This document shows, piece by piece, positions 35,301-48,400 of a DNA stretch of 64,000 bases (position 1 is its first letter; every line of letters starts with the position of its first letter). A model generated the notes under the pieces. It was not told the origin of the DNA, did no database searches, and saw nothing but the letters and a program-made list of their open reading frames with translations. The position numbers were made by a program, and so were the translations under genes. The stretch comes from Strigamia acuminata (Eukaryota), in contig OX442314.1 in the NCBI GenBank assembly GCA_949358305.1, positions 26,412,001-26,476,000 on the forward strand, in the 5' to 3' direction.

Positions 35301-37502
35301 GAGGTAGTAACACCCAGTCTGGTTGGCTACTTCTGGGGCCGTTTCGATTATTCCAGCGATTTTCTGGTCGTCCAGAACCTTCTTATAGCGGTGGTACAAG
35401 TCCGGATTTTGTTTAAACTTGCGAACAAGATTCCACAGTCTCTTAAGTGCAATTTGATAGTTGCTGTCCAACTCTGATTTGTCCAGCAACCAAGGCAGTC
35501 GCACCTCGTACCGCTCACCCGTCCAGTTGATGGACTCTTTAAATTTTGCTACTGCTTGATCATCTTCGTCCTGGGCGCTGGTGAGAGTTTCGTGGGGAAT
35601 GCCTACTGCTTCCAACTCCCAAAAACGTTGAAGAAGGTGGTCGAGTCGGTCTTCATACTGCACAAGATTCACGTGGGTTGCTGACTGTCTAACCGTTTCA
35701 TCTTGGCTTCTGATCGCGCCGTGGATTGTCCAACCGAGAGACGTGTGAAGACACATCAATCCCTCATCTAAACGTTTCGATTCGCCTGTTACGATACGCC
35801 AAAAGTGGTCCGCTCCAATTAGAATTGCCACCTCGTCTTGTTGGGTCGACATCTGGTCGATATTTAAGGTGATCTTGTGTTTGCGCAACATCTCGCGCAC
35901 GTTTGGACCCGACTGCCTCGCGACTGAGTGAGTTATTCGTGGCACCTCGATCAATTCTAAATCAACAAACTTATTAGTATCGGTAATATTTCTTAAAGTC
36001 ACTTTCACGCGACGACGACAAACGCTCTCTGTTTTAGAGTCGCCAAAACTGGAAATCTGCATATTTTGCTTTCCCACTACTTGGGCATCGAGTTCATTCA
36101 CTAGTTTCTGGCTAATAAACGATCTGTGGCTTCCGCCATCAAACATGCACTGCACAGCCTTGGTTTTACAATTCGATTCCACATTTGTCATTAATACTTG
36201 CAAAAATAAGTCAGTGTTCTCTGCTGTAATTGCTGCTGCTGTCAACGTCGACACAAGCACGGTCTCTGGCTTGGTATTCGACGCTTCGCACAACAGGATA
36301 TGGTGAAACCGCTCACAGTTCACACACTTCTCTTTCTGGGGACAGCTGCGCGCCATATGTTTGCTGCCCAAACATCTAAAACACGTTCGTTTTGACATGC
36401 ACCGCTTCAATCGATCTGGAATGTTGAGCGGACAATCTTCCTTCTTGTGCGACGCATCGTCGCAGAATACGCAACTGGATGATGAAACGTTGGTAGTCAA
36501 TGCATTGGCTGAGGCTATTTTGTCGTTACGCGTCGGCTTCTTGTAGTCGACGAACGTCTTGGCGGCTGGTTTCTCTGTCTGGTCGCTCACGGCTACGTGT
36601 TCTTCTCGTAACTCCAGTTCGGCTCTGAAAAACTCCAAAAACAGTTTCATATCGTGAGTGTTTTCTTTATTTTTGCGTGCAAAATCAAGTGCAATAACGT
36701 CAGGCACCGCATTTCGTATCAATGGACACAATACAATTCCAAACGTGGCTGTATCGATTTCTTCAGTCTCGAGACTTCGAATATGCAATTCGCACGTGTC
36801 GTAGAGTCTACGCAACTCAACGAGGTCGCTAACTCGTTTTACTGGTTTAAGTTTCATCAAAGTCTGAATGTGAGCGTTCACGATGACTTCTTTTCGCCCA
36901 AATCGATTTTGAAGTAAAGTCACTGCAGTTTCATAGTTCTCATCGCTGATTTTGAGACCATGAACAACTGTTGCTGCAGTACCTTCGAGAACTGAGTTCA
37001 AATATACGAATTTGGCTTTTGCTGTAAGTGAACCGTTGCCGTGGACACTCAACTCGAAATTGGACCAAAACTTTGACTACTCAACAGGATTCCCGCTGAA
37101 ATTCCGCATTACTAACTTTGGCAGCTTTATTGTCCCTTCGCCTGAGTTGCTCGTGGCGCTGCCGCCGATTGGAATCGCTGGGGGTATAACTGGTGCTGGT
37201 GGCCGTAAAAGTTCTTCCAATTTGACTTCAATATCGGTAAGAGAGTCGATTATCAACTCACGGAAATCTTCGTTGTCGCTTTCTTCTTTCTCCAAATCCG
37301 CACGCGTAACAATCATCGGCGATATCTTATCGTCGAGCGCTGTCAATTGTTCACTCTTTGCTAACAACTGGTTTTTTAATCGTTTCAACGCGAGGATTTC
37401 TGGAGCAACGTTGGCTAATTCGACGAGTACCGCATTACATAACCGCTTGGCTCCTTCTCTGGACGTGGCTTGTTGAGCGCGCAAACGATCAAGGGCGTCC
37501 AT
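32304..37502 (-). CDS. BEL/Pao gag-pol polyprotein, interrupted by one in-frame TAG at 37077-37079
   Basis: DUF1759-like LPKL...FSG; triple zinc knuckle (CVFC..H..C, CFRC..H..C, CVNC..H..C); FDGGS protease; YLPH/RIVYDAS/YVDD RT; FCDAS RNase H; VDFAGP/SDNA/GGFWER integrase; DUF5641-like tail. Confidence 0.93.
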
Positions 37503-37583
37503 CTTGAAATTTTCGGTCAAAATTCGGCGTGGTCGGCTTTACGATGCTGTTTTCTACTTATTTCTGTCCGGATTCACTGATTT

Positions 37584-37601
37584 TCCCGGGTTTCGGCACC
37601 A
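37584..37601 (-). promoter_or_regulatory. BEL primer-binding site complementary to tRNA-Phe
   Basis: The minus strand reads TGGTGCCGAAACCCGGGA directly after the 5' LTR; the plus strand TCCCGGGTTTCGGCACCA is the tRNA-Phe 3' end. Confidence 0.9.
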
Positions 37602-38779
37602 TGTGAAGATTCGCAAAGTCGATTTGTAACTAATTTTGACTAAAACTGTGTAAATTTACTACTTTTCTAACTTTTATGAATTCTCGAAATAAAGCATGTC
37701 TTTTTTGGGTTAAGAACAAGTTTATTGTAATTTCTGGGGGTCACAAGTACAAATTCAGGGGAACAAAGGGTGAAACAAGATAATTTATGACACTTTTACA
37801 GCACTTCCGGTCACGCGTCATTCAATATCACTCAAAAACACCTCCTGCAGGTTGGCTTCTCTGTGCTGCGCCGTGCTCTTTCCCTCGAACTCGTGCGACC
37901 TTGTTACTTCTAACAACGCCAGTTTTCACAGCGTTTAACTTACAACTAACAGTAAACCAAGCGGTTCATGATAAAGTCATTTATTATATATATTCTTATT
38001 TTTCTGAAAAGAGCATTTAGAAAGTCTATTTTCATCTACACAGAAAAATATAATTCATGACTTAAATTAGCTAAAATTAAGTTAAATTAGATACTTGCCC
38101 TATTCACATGCATAAAGTCAAAATTTTTCATTATGCTTGATTCCTCCCACAGTTGAGTGTAATTTGGAATATTAACTTTTAGATTGAAAAGTCCTTTCAG
38201 TGCTACCGCACAAGCTTGAAATTTAGATAGGGTGTTTTCAGGATTGTCAGGATTGTTTCCAATAAGAAGTCAAAGCCTTAGTATCCATTCCAGACAGCCC
38301 AAGAGCGGGAGAATTTAGTTCGGACGTCGGTCTAAATTCAATGTTGACTTTGTACGGGCCAGATAAGTAATATTGTATTCTTTCGTACGTCTGATAGCAG
38401 CAGACGGCAACGCAAATTGGAACAACAACCAACCATAGTACACGAAGTGACTGAGACTTCTGTTTGACTAATATCTTATCCAATATCGGTAAACATCTAT
38501 TCTCAGTTGACGTTGTAATTTCCGCTTGGCACAAACGTCTGACGCGTAATTTAGAAATTTTCATTTTGCAGGGTTTCACAGTTGACACCAGTTTTACAGA
38601 ATAAACTGATCTGTACTAAAAAAAAACCAACACTTTTTGATCAAAAATAATATTTTTCTTCCAAAACTTCTTTTTTGGAACACTATGTGTTGATGTTGAC
38701 GATACTGTATGTGTTTATGATGTAACTGTGTGTCGAAGGTACAACTGTAACTTATGTATGACGTTAAAGTGTGTTGATG

Positions 38780-38980
38780 CGGTAGATATCAAACTTTGTG
38801 TCAGATGTTGAACTATGTGTCAGATGTCAAACTGTGGCAGGTGGACTGCATGTCAGATGGATTATGTCAGGTGTCAGATGGATTGTGTCAAGTGTCATCA
38901 GACTGCGCGTTAGATGTCAGACTATGTCAGATGTCATGACTTAGTGTCATATGTCAACCTCGTATCAGATGGACTGTGTG
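38780..38980. repeat. Degenerate (TGTCAGA)-rich minisatellite
   Basis: Many imperfect tgtcagatg/tgtcag units. Confidence 0.6.
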
Positions 38981-39443
38981 TGTAGTCGGCAAATTTGTGA
39001 CAGTAAAATTTAGCAGTAGTTGTTTATGCCTCTTGTTTTTGTTGTTGGCATGGTTGTCATGTTCTTCTTGTATACGCTTACTGCTTTTGCTTATTGGATT
39101 TATTCTGCATGAGATAAAAACTACTTTTTGCCTCGTTTATCCTACTGCCTGCTATTTTCAAGCACAAATTGATAATTAATACAATACAATTTTAACAATT
39201 TTGCTTGAATTATACAAGAAAAATAATAAATCTCAGCAATATTTAAAAAAACGAAGTTAACAAAAAGTGTTTTTCAGAAATACGCAAAAGAAGTAACGAA
39301 AAGTATTTTCTAGTAATAAAAGCCTAAGAAGACTTAACAAAAAAAAATTCGAAATAAAATTTAAACTGACCTTCATTTTCAACACAAACGGTAGCTACAT
39401 TCGCGCCAACGCACCGAAGTTATTTTATATTTCTTGTTTCTGT

Positions 39444-42400
39444 ATGAAAGTTCAGGTAAAATTAGTAAGAAATTAATTGATTAACAATAAATTATCTCAC
39501 GGTGTGTGTCAGAATGGCCCATCCGACGAGAAAAATTCAAAATTTTGAATCATATTCGATCGATATCGATAGCATGGCGTGCGTAGCATGGTCGACAGTT
39601 ACTCAACAGTTAAAAGGACCGTCACTAGATGTCGTCAAAGTCGCATCATTCCTACGTTTAAAATTGAAATTTGTGATGGAAGTCTAACAGCAGCAGCATG
39701 AATTTAACCCAAACAAAAAATATTCAAAATGGATAGAATTTTCCTTCCACCACTTAGGTAATTAACGCAACATCTGATGCACTAACCCAGTCGAAAAAAT
39801 TAATTTTACCCTCATTTTTCCCCATCAAAACGCAGGTAATTAAGAAGAATGAAAATTTCTTTAGAGGTATTGAAAGTTGCAACTTTACCCAAGAAGAAAC
39901 CATGGACAAGTATTAAGTTTTTAAGTGAAGTAAGCAAATACAAACAATTAGAAAATCACAAACGAGTCCTAATAAGGCCTCTTTTGTCATGAATTGATAT
40001 ATTTGATCAATAATATACAGAAAAAAAATTAAAATTTCACCGTGTTTCGTCTGAATTTCAGGATGCAGAAGATTTATTACTATTGGGTCGGAAAAATGCG
40101 AGCATTTTTCATTTGGCAAGTGGCAAAATCAAGAAAAAAACACCAAAAATTGAAAACTGCTTCAAAAACAGTGCACTTTATACCAACACAAAAGATGGTA
40201 CAGTATGACGACACATCTGAAAGGAATTTGATGTTAATTTTAATAAATTTTATCCATTTATTTCAGGAAATCATCTCGTTATTTTGTTATTTACTGGAAC
40301 AATTCTTGTTTGGAAATATCAGGTTGATTTTGTATGGACTATCGATCAACTCCCATTTTGTGTTTCTCCACCCAAGAAAAAATTAAAGAACTTAATTTTT
40401 GCATCAAACAACATAGAAAGTGTTTTGGTCATACTTCACACGCATGAAATATATCTTTGGCAACGAGACGGTGTTGAATTCAACACTAAAAATCCAATGC
40501 TTAATGGCAAATGGACTCAAATTGAGAAATCGCCGGGTATTCCCTTTCAACTAACGGATGAAGCAACAGCCGATGCTATATTTATGAATAATTCAGTAAG
40601 AACAAATCACAAATACGCACCGCACATGATCTGTCAGCACCTTAAGCCTAAAATCAATCTAAAAAATAGAGAAATAAATAAAAATTATTTTTCAGGCGTG
40701 GGAAAGTGCCGTAATTTGCACATTGGTTTTTGTGTGCGAGAATGAAATTTCCTTTACTACTTTACAAATATGTTGGAACAAGAGTCGCAGGCTCAAGATC
40801 AACTGGTTCAACTGGCTTTCTAATTACAAAAATTTAAATTTAAAAGCCGTAGACAAGCGCGCATTTGTTGCGCGCTTCGCTAATGACGAGCCGCTTTTAG
40901 CCATTTCTGTCAATCAAACGCGAGCTTCGAATGCCTATTTAATTTTTACTAACCCTTCATTGGAAAGTGTTAAGTTCACAAATTTACCAGCAAATGATGC
41001 AGGTTACAGCAACAGGTAATTTTAAAAATAATGTTATTGGGTTAGAATTTCGCCGAATGGACTTTAAAATGCGAAATTTGACTCGAAATACAAAATTACT
41101 GAAAAATTTTACGATTTTGTCATGAAACTTAAAATGATGGTAATTTTAGATATCAACGTATAACGGATCTAGTTTGGCTGCCAAATAATACGTGCCTCGT
41201 GTGTCTTCATAGCAATGGGAGTTTTTGTATTTTGTCACGGTTAGGACATCCAATTCACATCGGTGTTGAAGGATATCATTTGGATTCGTCTAATACATTT
41301 TATGTTTCATTAAGTTCGAAAAACAGGTAAGAATAAATAAATGGGTTTAGACTGGGTAAAATTTACGGAAAAATCAATAGAAAAATTATATTTATGATAA
41401 TTTAGACTGTTAATGCAAGAATAATCCGCCAAGAAAGCCCAGTATTTTTGTCAAAATTTATCAAAATAATTCATGTTTTGTCAAAATTTGTCAAAATTTA
41501 TCAAAATAATTCATGTTTTGTCAAAATTTGTCAAAATTTATCAAAATAATTCATGTTTTGTCAAAATTTGTCAAAATTTATCAAAATAATTCATGTTTTG
41601 TCAAAATTTGTCAAAATTTATCAAAATAATTCATGTTTTGTCAAAATTTGTCAAAATTTATCAAAATAATTCATGTTTTTTCAAAATTTGTCAAAATTTA
41701 TCAAAATAATACACATTTTGTCAAAATTTATCAAAATAATTCACATTTTGTCAAAATTTATCAAAATAATTCACATTTTGTCAAAATGTTTCAAAATAAT
41801 TCACATTTTGTCAAAATTTATCAAAATAATTCACATTTTGTCAAAATGTTTCAAAATAATTCACATTTTGTCAAAATTTATCAAAATAATTCACATTTTG
41901 TCAAAATGTTTCAAAATAATTCACATTTTGTCAAAATTTATCAAAATAATTCACATTTTGTCAAAATGTTTCAAAATAATTCACATTTTGTCAAAATTTA
42001 TCAAAATAATTCACATTTTGTCAAAATGTTTCAAAATAATTCACATTTTGTCAAAATTTATCAAAATAATTCATGTTTTGTCAAAATTTGTCAAAATTTA
42101 TCAAAATAATTCATGTTTTGTCAAAATTTGTCAAAATTTATCAAAATAATTCATGTTTTTTCAAAATTTGTCAAAATTTATCAAAATAATACACATTTTG
42201 TCAAAATTTATCAAAATAATACACATTTTGTCAAAATTTATCAAAATAATTCACATTTTGTCAAAATTTATCAAAATAATTCACATTTTGTCAAAATGTT
42301 TCAAAATAATTCACATTTTGTCAAAATTTATCAAAATAATTCACATTTTGTCAAAATGTTTCAAAATAATTCACATTTTGTCAAAATTTATCAAAATAAT

Positions 42401-45400
42401 TCACATTTTGTCAAAATGTTTCAAAATAATTCACATTTTGTCAAAATTTATCAAAATAATTCACATTTTGTCAAAATGTTTCAAAATAATTCACATTTTG
42501 TCAAAATGTTTCAAAATAATTCACATTTTGTCAAAATTTATCAAAATAATTCACATTTTGTCAAAATTTATCAAAATAATTCACATTTTGTCAAAATTTA
42601 TCAAAATAATTCACATTTTGTCAAAATGTTTCAAAATAATTCACATTTTGTCTAAATTTCTAAAAAAAAATCAAATTTTGTGTAGATTTATCAAAATAAT
42701 TAAAATTTTGTGTAGATTTATCAAAATAATTAAAATTTTGTGTAGATTTATCAAAATAATTAAAATTTTGTCTAAATTTATCAAAAAATTTCAAATTTTG
42801 TCTAAATTTATCAAAATAATTAAAATTTGATCCAAATTATTCAAATTTTATCTTAATTTTTAAAGAATTTTGTCATATTGAACAAACAATTATCAAATTC
42901 ACCCCAAATTAATTCTTAGGCTAGAGCCACCTGAATTTATAGCTGCTATAATAATTCCCATTCTTCAAAATACAAATTTTACAATTTTACAATTTTTTTC
43001 ACTTTTTTCCTTCAGAGACTCTCACATTTCTGATCCAGCAGAAAATTCAGATTCAACAGCTACCGACTCAAACAGCAATCCAAAACAACGCTACTCCATA
43101 ACCACTCATCCTAAACATCCAGCGATGTTTTACTCCGATGGATCCTCCATTATTTCCCTTTCGATGCCACCTGCAATTCAAAACGAAATTAGATTAATCG
43201 AGCATTTATTAACCACTAACAGTCACATTCCGGCTCGAATAACCAACCCAAAGGACAAAACCAAATTCAAACTGACAACATTAGGCAGCGAAGATTCATC
43301 GACTCGATCGGACAACATTCCTGAACAGGAATTTGCCAGTGTCAGGCGAATGTCGCACATATCAAATGTCACCGCGCCAATCACCGATTTACTGGCTAGT
43401 TTTGGTTTGCTCGCATCAACCCGCATGCCCTGGGATGAAAAAATGGAATTAATGTCGGTGGATACAGCGCGGAAACTGAATACAATTCTGGAAGATTTAT
43501 TTATTTACTCCGTTGGTAAATATAAATTAAAAAATTAATAAATTTAATAAATTTATTCTTTTTGATTGCAGGTGTTGACAAGAACTGGAAATTTCCAGTT
43601 GGGATCATTGATTCAATTATTTTGAAGTGTTTCAACACTCTTCGCTTCGATGTTCGGCACAATTTAATGGCGACCGGTCTCAAATTCTTGACGACTGTAA
43701 CAGATTTACTAATTAATAATGTAAGGACAATCACTGGAAAGCAGAGAATGCCATACCTGAATTGTGTGTATGAAATTATGGCCAATTCGGAACAACTTGT
43801 CAATGATATTTACGGCTGGACGTGCAAAAGTGATGCACAAACTCCATTTTCGTATCAAACATGTCAATTAATCACCACAAGCTTTGAAAATAAAGAGCTG
43901 GACTGCGGTTTCCAACACAGGTACTGGAAAAATGATAAATTTATTCATTTGTTTATTTATTTTCTTCGTGATTGTAGATTGAAACTGAAATGGAAAGAAT
44001 TATATAAAGTTTTACTGCAATGCTTTAGTCAAATTCAAAGAAAAAATGATGAAAACGATGAGAAAAAGTGTAAAGAATTGCTATGTAAAATTCAATTGAA
44101 ATTGCAGATCTCGAGATGCGGTTTTAAAAGGCGTAAAAAGAAACATGTCCCTGAAGGTAATTTCAGTTGTAAATGATCAAATTCAATTGATTTTGACTTC
44201 TTTTGCAGGTGTTTATAGTTTTCTCAATGGAAACTATCATTCAGCCATTTTGAGTTGGACTTTAGAAATGGACCAATTATTATCCAGTAAAATATAGTTG
44301 TTAAATAATGTTAGAAAAATGTGGATCAAAAACTGTCATTTTTTCCATTTAGGGAAAAATCTTCATGAGAAGGGAACGAAAAGACTGGAAGAAATTCTTC
44401 ATTGTATTTTACACGGTCTGCTCATTACTAATGACTTAGTCACCGTCTTCAAACTCATACAAAAACTTTTAAAGTTCCTACAATTTGAGTCGAGCTTTAA
44501 ACATATTTCTGCCATAAATTCCATTCTTTTAACATTTGCACGCCTCTTAGCTTCGTATTTAACCAACTGCAGCCCTAAAATTGCAAAATGTTCAAGTTTT
44601 ACGCTTAAATCGGCTAAAAATTCAGGTAAAACATGTATACTAACAATAAATTACCGCTAATCCAACTTTCTGCAGATATCTTTCAACTAATCTCGAGGGA
44701 AAGCATTCGGTCTGCCGTTACTAGCAATAATTTATCCAATTTCTGGTCGGCGGAAACAACTTGCGCTTTGTATATCTTCGTAGGCGCTTTCGCCGAAGCC
44801 GCCATTTTTGCTGACGTAATGGGTGATTGGAAAAGCACATTTTTATTGGCCGTTGCGCATTCCAAAATTGAAGTTTCAGCAAAAATGCATCCGGATATTC
44901 CAAATAATTTAAAATGTTGTGAATTAATGGTCAAGATGTTGAAGCAAATCATCGAGGCGAAAAATGAAGTCGTTGACACGGCGCTGTCCCGAACCGTCAC
45001 ACACACGTTACGAGACCACATAACCGCATCTGTATTGTGCGATATTAATGTGGTCCCGGTTTTATTAAACCATTTCACGGATCAACTGAAACATCTTCTT
45101 CGGCAGTTGCCTCTGGAAGTGCCGAAAGAATTCTATTTACCTTCGCCGCCAATTTTTTGTCCGCAAGATCAAATGGTAATTTCTACAATAAATAGAAAAT
45201 ATTTACAATATTAATATTTTTTTCCTTTTTAGACACTTTCAACCTCTGATGCAAAGATTGAAACTAAAATACGAAACGACCTGTCCAATTTAATCCATTC
45301 CTTTATGAATTTACTCACCGCGTGTAATACATTGCTGCCGACAGCGTACAAATACGCCAAAGATTTGCAAAGCTCAACGCTGGCCCACTCCTTCGCGGAT

Positions 45401-48400
45401 TACGACCATATAATCATGCCGGAACAAGATGAAACACTTGGTCAAATGTACACCGCTTTTCGAGACATTTGTTGTGTTATTTGGTTGCTTCATTCGAGAG
45501 ACAAATTCCAAATTGAATGGAGAAAGTTCTGGCGTATTTCGAGCGAGATGAAATTTTCCCAACCGAAATGCGATGCGCATTGTCTAACGGCTTTAATTTG
45601 GGTAAAAAGAATGAAACCCTTCACTGATTTAATGCAATGGAGTGTGGAATTTCATCAGGTGGTCTTGACCTTGGCAAGAGAAGCCACCCCGTCCACTCAA
45701 ATCATCGATGTTTTCGCTAGTTTGGTGCCGGATGTAAGCGCATTGCCTCTAGAATGCGAATCCAGGGCTAAACTATTGTTAAAAGAATGGGAAACTAATA
45801 AAGTTGGTGAGTTAAAATATATTTTTTTAAATAAATTTTTGTATGAATCTAATTTTGTGTTTTAAGATAAGAAAACTCCAAAGACAATGGTTGACTACTA
45901 CAGAGATTGTTGTGAGAACATTGGTATTATTGGAGAGAAAATGTTTGAATCCGAGTTAGGGGTTCATTCGAAACCGTTTGAAACTGACGACGATTTTCTG
46001 AATTGTGTGTGTTTATTCTACGACGTTGCCATTCACAAGCGCATGGAGGAGACGACTAATCTGACGTATAACGTTCCATTGGTTGTTTCTTACGCGGAGA
46101 AAGTCAAGAAAGTGGAATTCTCCAAGTATCGTCACATTCCGGAAGCGTGTGAAGCGAAAGAAATCCCTCGAAACCGAGATTTGGACAAACTGGACATCAA
46201 ATGCCGAAACCCTAGAAAGGGGTTTTTCCACACTTCAAGTCTTTTAGATCTGACCCAAAGTAACATCAGAGTCATTCCCAAACGAAGTCGGAGTTTGGAA
46301 ACCTTCAAAAGCAAAGATAAAAAAATGGCGTCCAACCTGCACAAAAAACCACATCCGAGCAAGATACCTGTCAGATCAATTCTAAACGAGCTTCAATCAA
46401 TATCTAAATGGAGAAAAGTTGAAGCGATTGATAAAACGCCTTTTTTGGACCATCTCGCTTTGTGGTTGGTCAAATGGAAAGGAAGAAATCACGCGATCAA
46501 AACACTAAACTGCGACAAGGAAATTCAACCACAGATCCACATAGACATGTCTGTGGATCAAATTTTAGCCAGTATTTCGAGGCTGGAATTGTATTCGAAG
46601 AACCCGCCAAGACAAAATGAGAAAACATCAATTGGAGTGCGAAAGCCACCAAAGTCGACTGAAAGGCTTCCAGAAGAATCTAATGGAGCAACCACAGAAA
46701 AGAAGAGTGAAGAGAACCTAATATTCTATGCGCGTGATTTAGCTAGTGTTACCCTACCAAACAGGTAAGTTACGGCTATAAACATTTACACTTTATAAAG
46801 TTAATTGTACCTTGTACATTCTCTCATGCATCAGGCACAGTTAGCATCAGGTTCAGGTATCCTTAAGGTGGAAACACAAGGGAGCGGGTAAAATTCCAAA
46901 GCTTGCTTTTACTTGAAAAAGCGGCTAAAAAGTCGCCTGCTTGAGCAAACACAAGCTTGTGTTTTCATTAGGTGCGTTCAATCTGCTAGTAGAAAGTCAC
47001 TTAACTGACTTAACTGCCTTTCAGAGGGCGGAAGTGACGATAATTACGTCACATTTTGACCAAGTAAAGTCACCTAAGTGACTTTCAGGAAAGTAACTGG
47101 AAAGTTCCTTTTCCACCTTTTAAAAGTCACTTATGTGCGTCTGCATGCGCATTGCACATTTAACAAAGCTACAGTGGCAGCCATTTTGTTCTCGATGAAC
47201 ACGGTAAATTCACACGTGTGGCACACGGTAAATGGAAATTTTGCTACAAATGAGCTGTGATTGGATGCGGGGAAAAAATGGCGCGGAAAAATAGAAATAT
47301 TTCCTATTTTTCCGCGCGATTTTTTTTGCAGCCAACTAGCTGTGACAATTCCACAGCATAAATGTTGGTTTTCGCCAAAAGCACGGATATTTCTTATTTT
47401 TGCCCATTTGTCGATAAACAGCATCAATTATTTTGTTCCTGGCCACTGTTTGAATGTACAAGTGCATTAAACAAAATGAAAACAATTTTACATGTTAGTT
47501 TTATTGTTATATAGTGACAAATTTGAAGATACTCATATTCATCCCACAGGATTGGATTCGCCGAAGCAATCACAAACTGTTTCAGGTCTGTGCTTGGTAA
47601 AACATTCGACAAACTCCGGACAAATCCAGCCTAAACTAATTCCTAGTAATCAAATATTTGACGTCACTTCGAGCAGTGATTCTGTTACGTCATCTCTCGA
47701 GGAAGATGATGACACCCTAAACGACATGAGCTTTCCAAACAGCCTTCCAGATCCACCGCCTAGGACCGTTCGCTTCAGCGAACCTCATCCGCCACCACTT
47801 CCCAACCCATGCATTCCCAAATTCCTCCGGCTGGTCGCCGAGAAAGAAAACTTTCAGACGAAATCCACTGATCCGAGACTGCGAGGTGGAGGATGCTACG
47901 GACAGATGCAATTTCCTCTACTAAGGGCTCCAGCTATTCAGAATTTCAATGTTGGTGCACCCCCTTGTTTGTCACATTGGGGATTACCTCTGCTCCGGCT
48001 TCCCCAAAAGTATTCGACCAATCAAGCACAGCAGTCATCTCCACCATGTCATGTGTGTGTGGATGTTAACCCTTGCAATCAAAATCTCTATGTTCAGAAT
48101 ATGTTGAGAAGTTATTGGATTAATGTGAAACAGAATAGATGTCAACAGATGGTGGATTATTCGCTCAATAGGAATTTGGTTGGTCATCAAACTATGGCAG
48201 CGGTAGAACCCCAAAGCGTAGATCAAATGCGGCTACTCAATGGGAAATATTCAAGCAGTGAAGACAATATTCACACCAAATATAACAAGCACGGATTGTC
48301 AAATCTTCCTGAACTAACGGAAGACACATCTGACATTAGCACACATTTGGAAGACCGGTACAGACAAATTCTTCAATCAGATTCAAGTTGTCAGCAAATA

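Larger units (their letters stand above)
31980..37930 (-). mobile_element. Full-length BEL/Pao LTR retrotransposon in intron 1 of DEG/ENaC copy B
   Basis: 329-bp LTRs (31980-32308 and 37602-37930), TG...CA, 5-bp TSD GCGTT (31975-31979, 37931-37935). Confidence 0.97.
23100..38564 (-). pseudogene. DEG/ENaC channel gene copy B (paralog of A), tandem two-subunit form, degraded
   Basis: Exons paralogous to copy A near 38564-38098, 30484-30358, 30130-30040, 29728-29640, 29580-29478 and 27810-26982. Second-unit remnants lie near 25897-25660 (HTGTCLDI) and 23640-23380 (C...CKDSC...CR). It has a frameshift/stop near 38247 and a 24-bp TM2 deletion. The left boundary is approximate. Confidence 0.75.

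Noticed and set aside
41633..42830. Repetitive ORFs (also 55805-56449, 59793-60120, 62194-62686)
   Set aside because: Stop-free frames of intronic satellites; the flanking exons splice around them.
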